In this document: one piece after another, positions 4,600-5,029 of the stretch
Layout of the letters: each line of letters starts with the position of its first letter
Numbering within the stretch: the first letter of the stretch is position 1
Source: Candidatus Woesearchaeota archaeon
GTDB lineage: Archaea; Nanobdellota; Nanobdellia; Nanobdellales; Nanobdellaceae
Direction: 5' to 3'
DNA length: 5,029 nucleotides
NCBI GenBank assembly: GCA_964468425.1
Contig: CAYXSZ010000055.1
Location: 1-5,029, forward strand
Notes under the pieces: generated by a model
What the model saw: only the letters and a program-made list of their open reading frames with translations
Told to the model about the DNA's origin: nothing
The model's database searches: none
Translations under genes and position numbers: made by a program

Positions 4600-5029
4600 A
4601 TGGGAGATTATGAAATAATTTCTAAAAGAATAACGGAAGATATCCAGGATCTCTATATTGTACACGAGAAGGCTATAAGAGAAGAAGGTATAAGTGCGAG
4701 TGAATATGGTATATTACTGTATTATCTGGAGAATCCAAAAACTTTGAGAATACGCTCTCTGAGGAATTATTTAGGAAATGTTATTGGAAGAGTAAACGAA
4801 TATACAATAATAAAATTGTCTATTAATACAGATATTTCCAGCATTTTTGATAAATATGGAGAAAACATAATAGTTTGCTGGGACATAAGAAATATAGATG
4901 ACGCGTCGCACGTAGGAAAAATAATAAAAGATAATAATTTACAGTTTTCGTACAATATACACTTTGCATGTATAAAAGAAAACGGAAGACGCCGAGGCAC
5001 AATACGTGTTTACGCATTTTATAAAAGAT
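4600..5029 (+). CDS. Hypothetical protein, 3'-truncated by the window edge; possible N-terminal winged-helix (MarR-like) segment
   Basis: I translated frame 1 by hand from ATG 4600. It gives 143 sense codons with no stop up to 5028 (MGDYEIISKRITEDIQDLYIVHEKAIREEGISASEYGILLYYLENPKTLRIRSLRNYLGNVIGRV...RRRGTIRVYAFYKR). This is very unlikely by chance in AT-rich DNA. The ORF is absent from the track because it has no stop codon inside the window. ISASEYGILLYYLENPKTLRIRSLRNYLG resembles the helix-turn-helix region of MarR/TrmB-type regulators, but this is weak pattern recall only. The true start is uncertain (see findings). Confidence 0.65.
   Translation, partial: MGDYEIISKRITEDIQDLYIVHEKAIREEGISASEYGILLYYLENPKTLRIRSLRNYLGNVIGRVNEYTIIKLSINTDISSIFDKYGENIIVCWDIRNIDDASHVGKIIKDNNLQFSYNIHFACIKENGRRRGTIRVYAFYKR

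Noticed and set aside
4767-5017. Minus-strand ORFs 4767-5000 (77 aa) and 4823-5017 (64 aa)
   Set aside because: Both lie opposite the 143-codon plus-strand open frame, which has a far more protein-like composition. They overlap each other in different frames and look like Phe/Leu/Ile-rich shadow translations.
1-5029. CRISPR arrays, IS elements/transposase ends, integrase or defence-system genes
   Set aside because: I found no regularly spaced direct repeats, no terminal inverted repeats flanking an ORF, and no recognisable nuclease, ATPase or toxin motifs. The only repeats are short A-rich promoter-region motifs.

Overview
This is an AT-rich archaeal window that is mostly translation housekeeping. 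On the minus strand, a release factor aRF1 gene and a class I CCA-adding enzyme gene overlap by 1 nt. On the plus strand lie a short MgtC/SapB-family membrane protein, an isolated S17-L14 ribosomal protein pair, and a GC-rich tRNA-Ala(UGC) with no encoded CCA. A small DUF357-like helical protein sits on the minus strand. A long open frame (4600 to the window end, 143 codons with no stop) is missing from the supplied ORF track, which lists only ORFs with a stop. The best non-ORF signal is a canonical archaeal C/D box sRNA on the minus strand at 3054-3102, between the MgtC-like gene and S17. It appears to share one palindromic TATA box with S17. Most transcription units have an A/T box centred about 24-30 nt upstream of the start codon or of tRNA position +1, which suggests leaderless transcripts. 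Three things point to a Nanoarchaeota-like reduced, thermophilic archaeon: the broken ribosomal operon, the very GC-rich tRNA in an AT-rich genome, and the possibly leaderless tRNA. That placement is inference only. I see no CRISPR array, mobile element or recognisable defence system. Protein calls rest on motifs recalled from memory, not on database searches.
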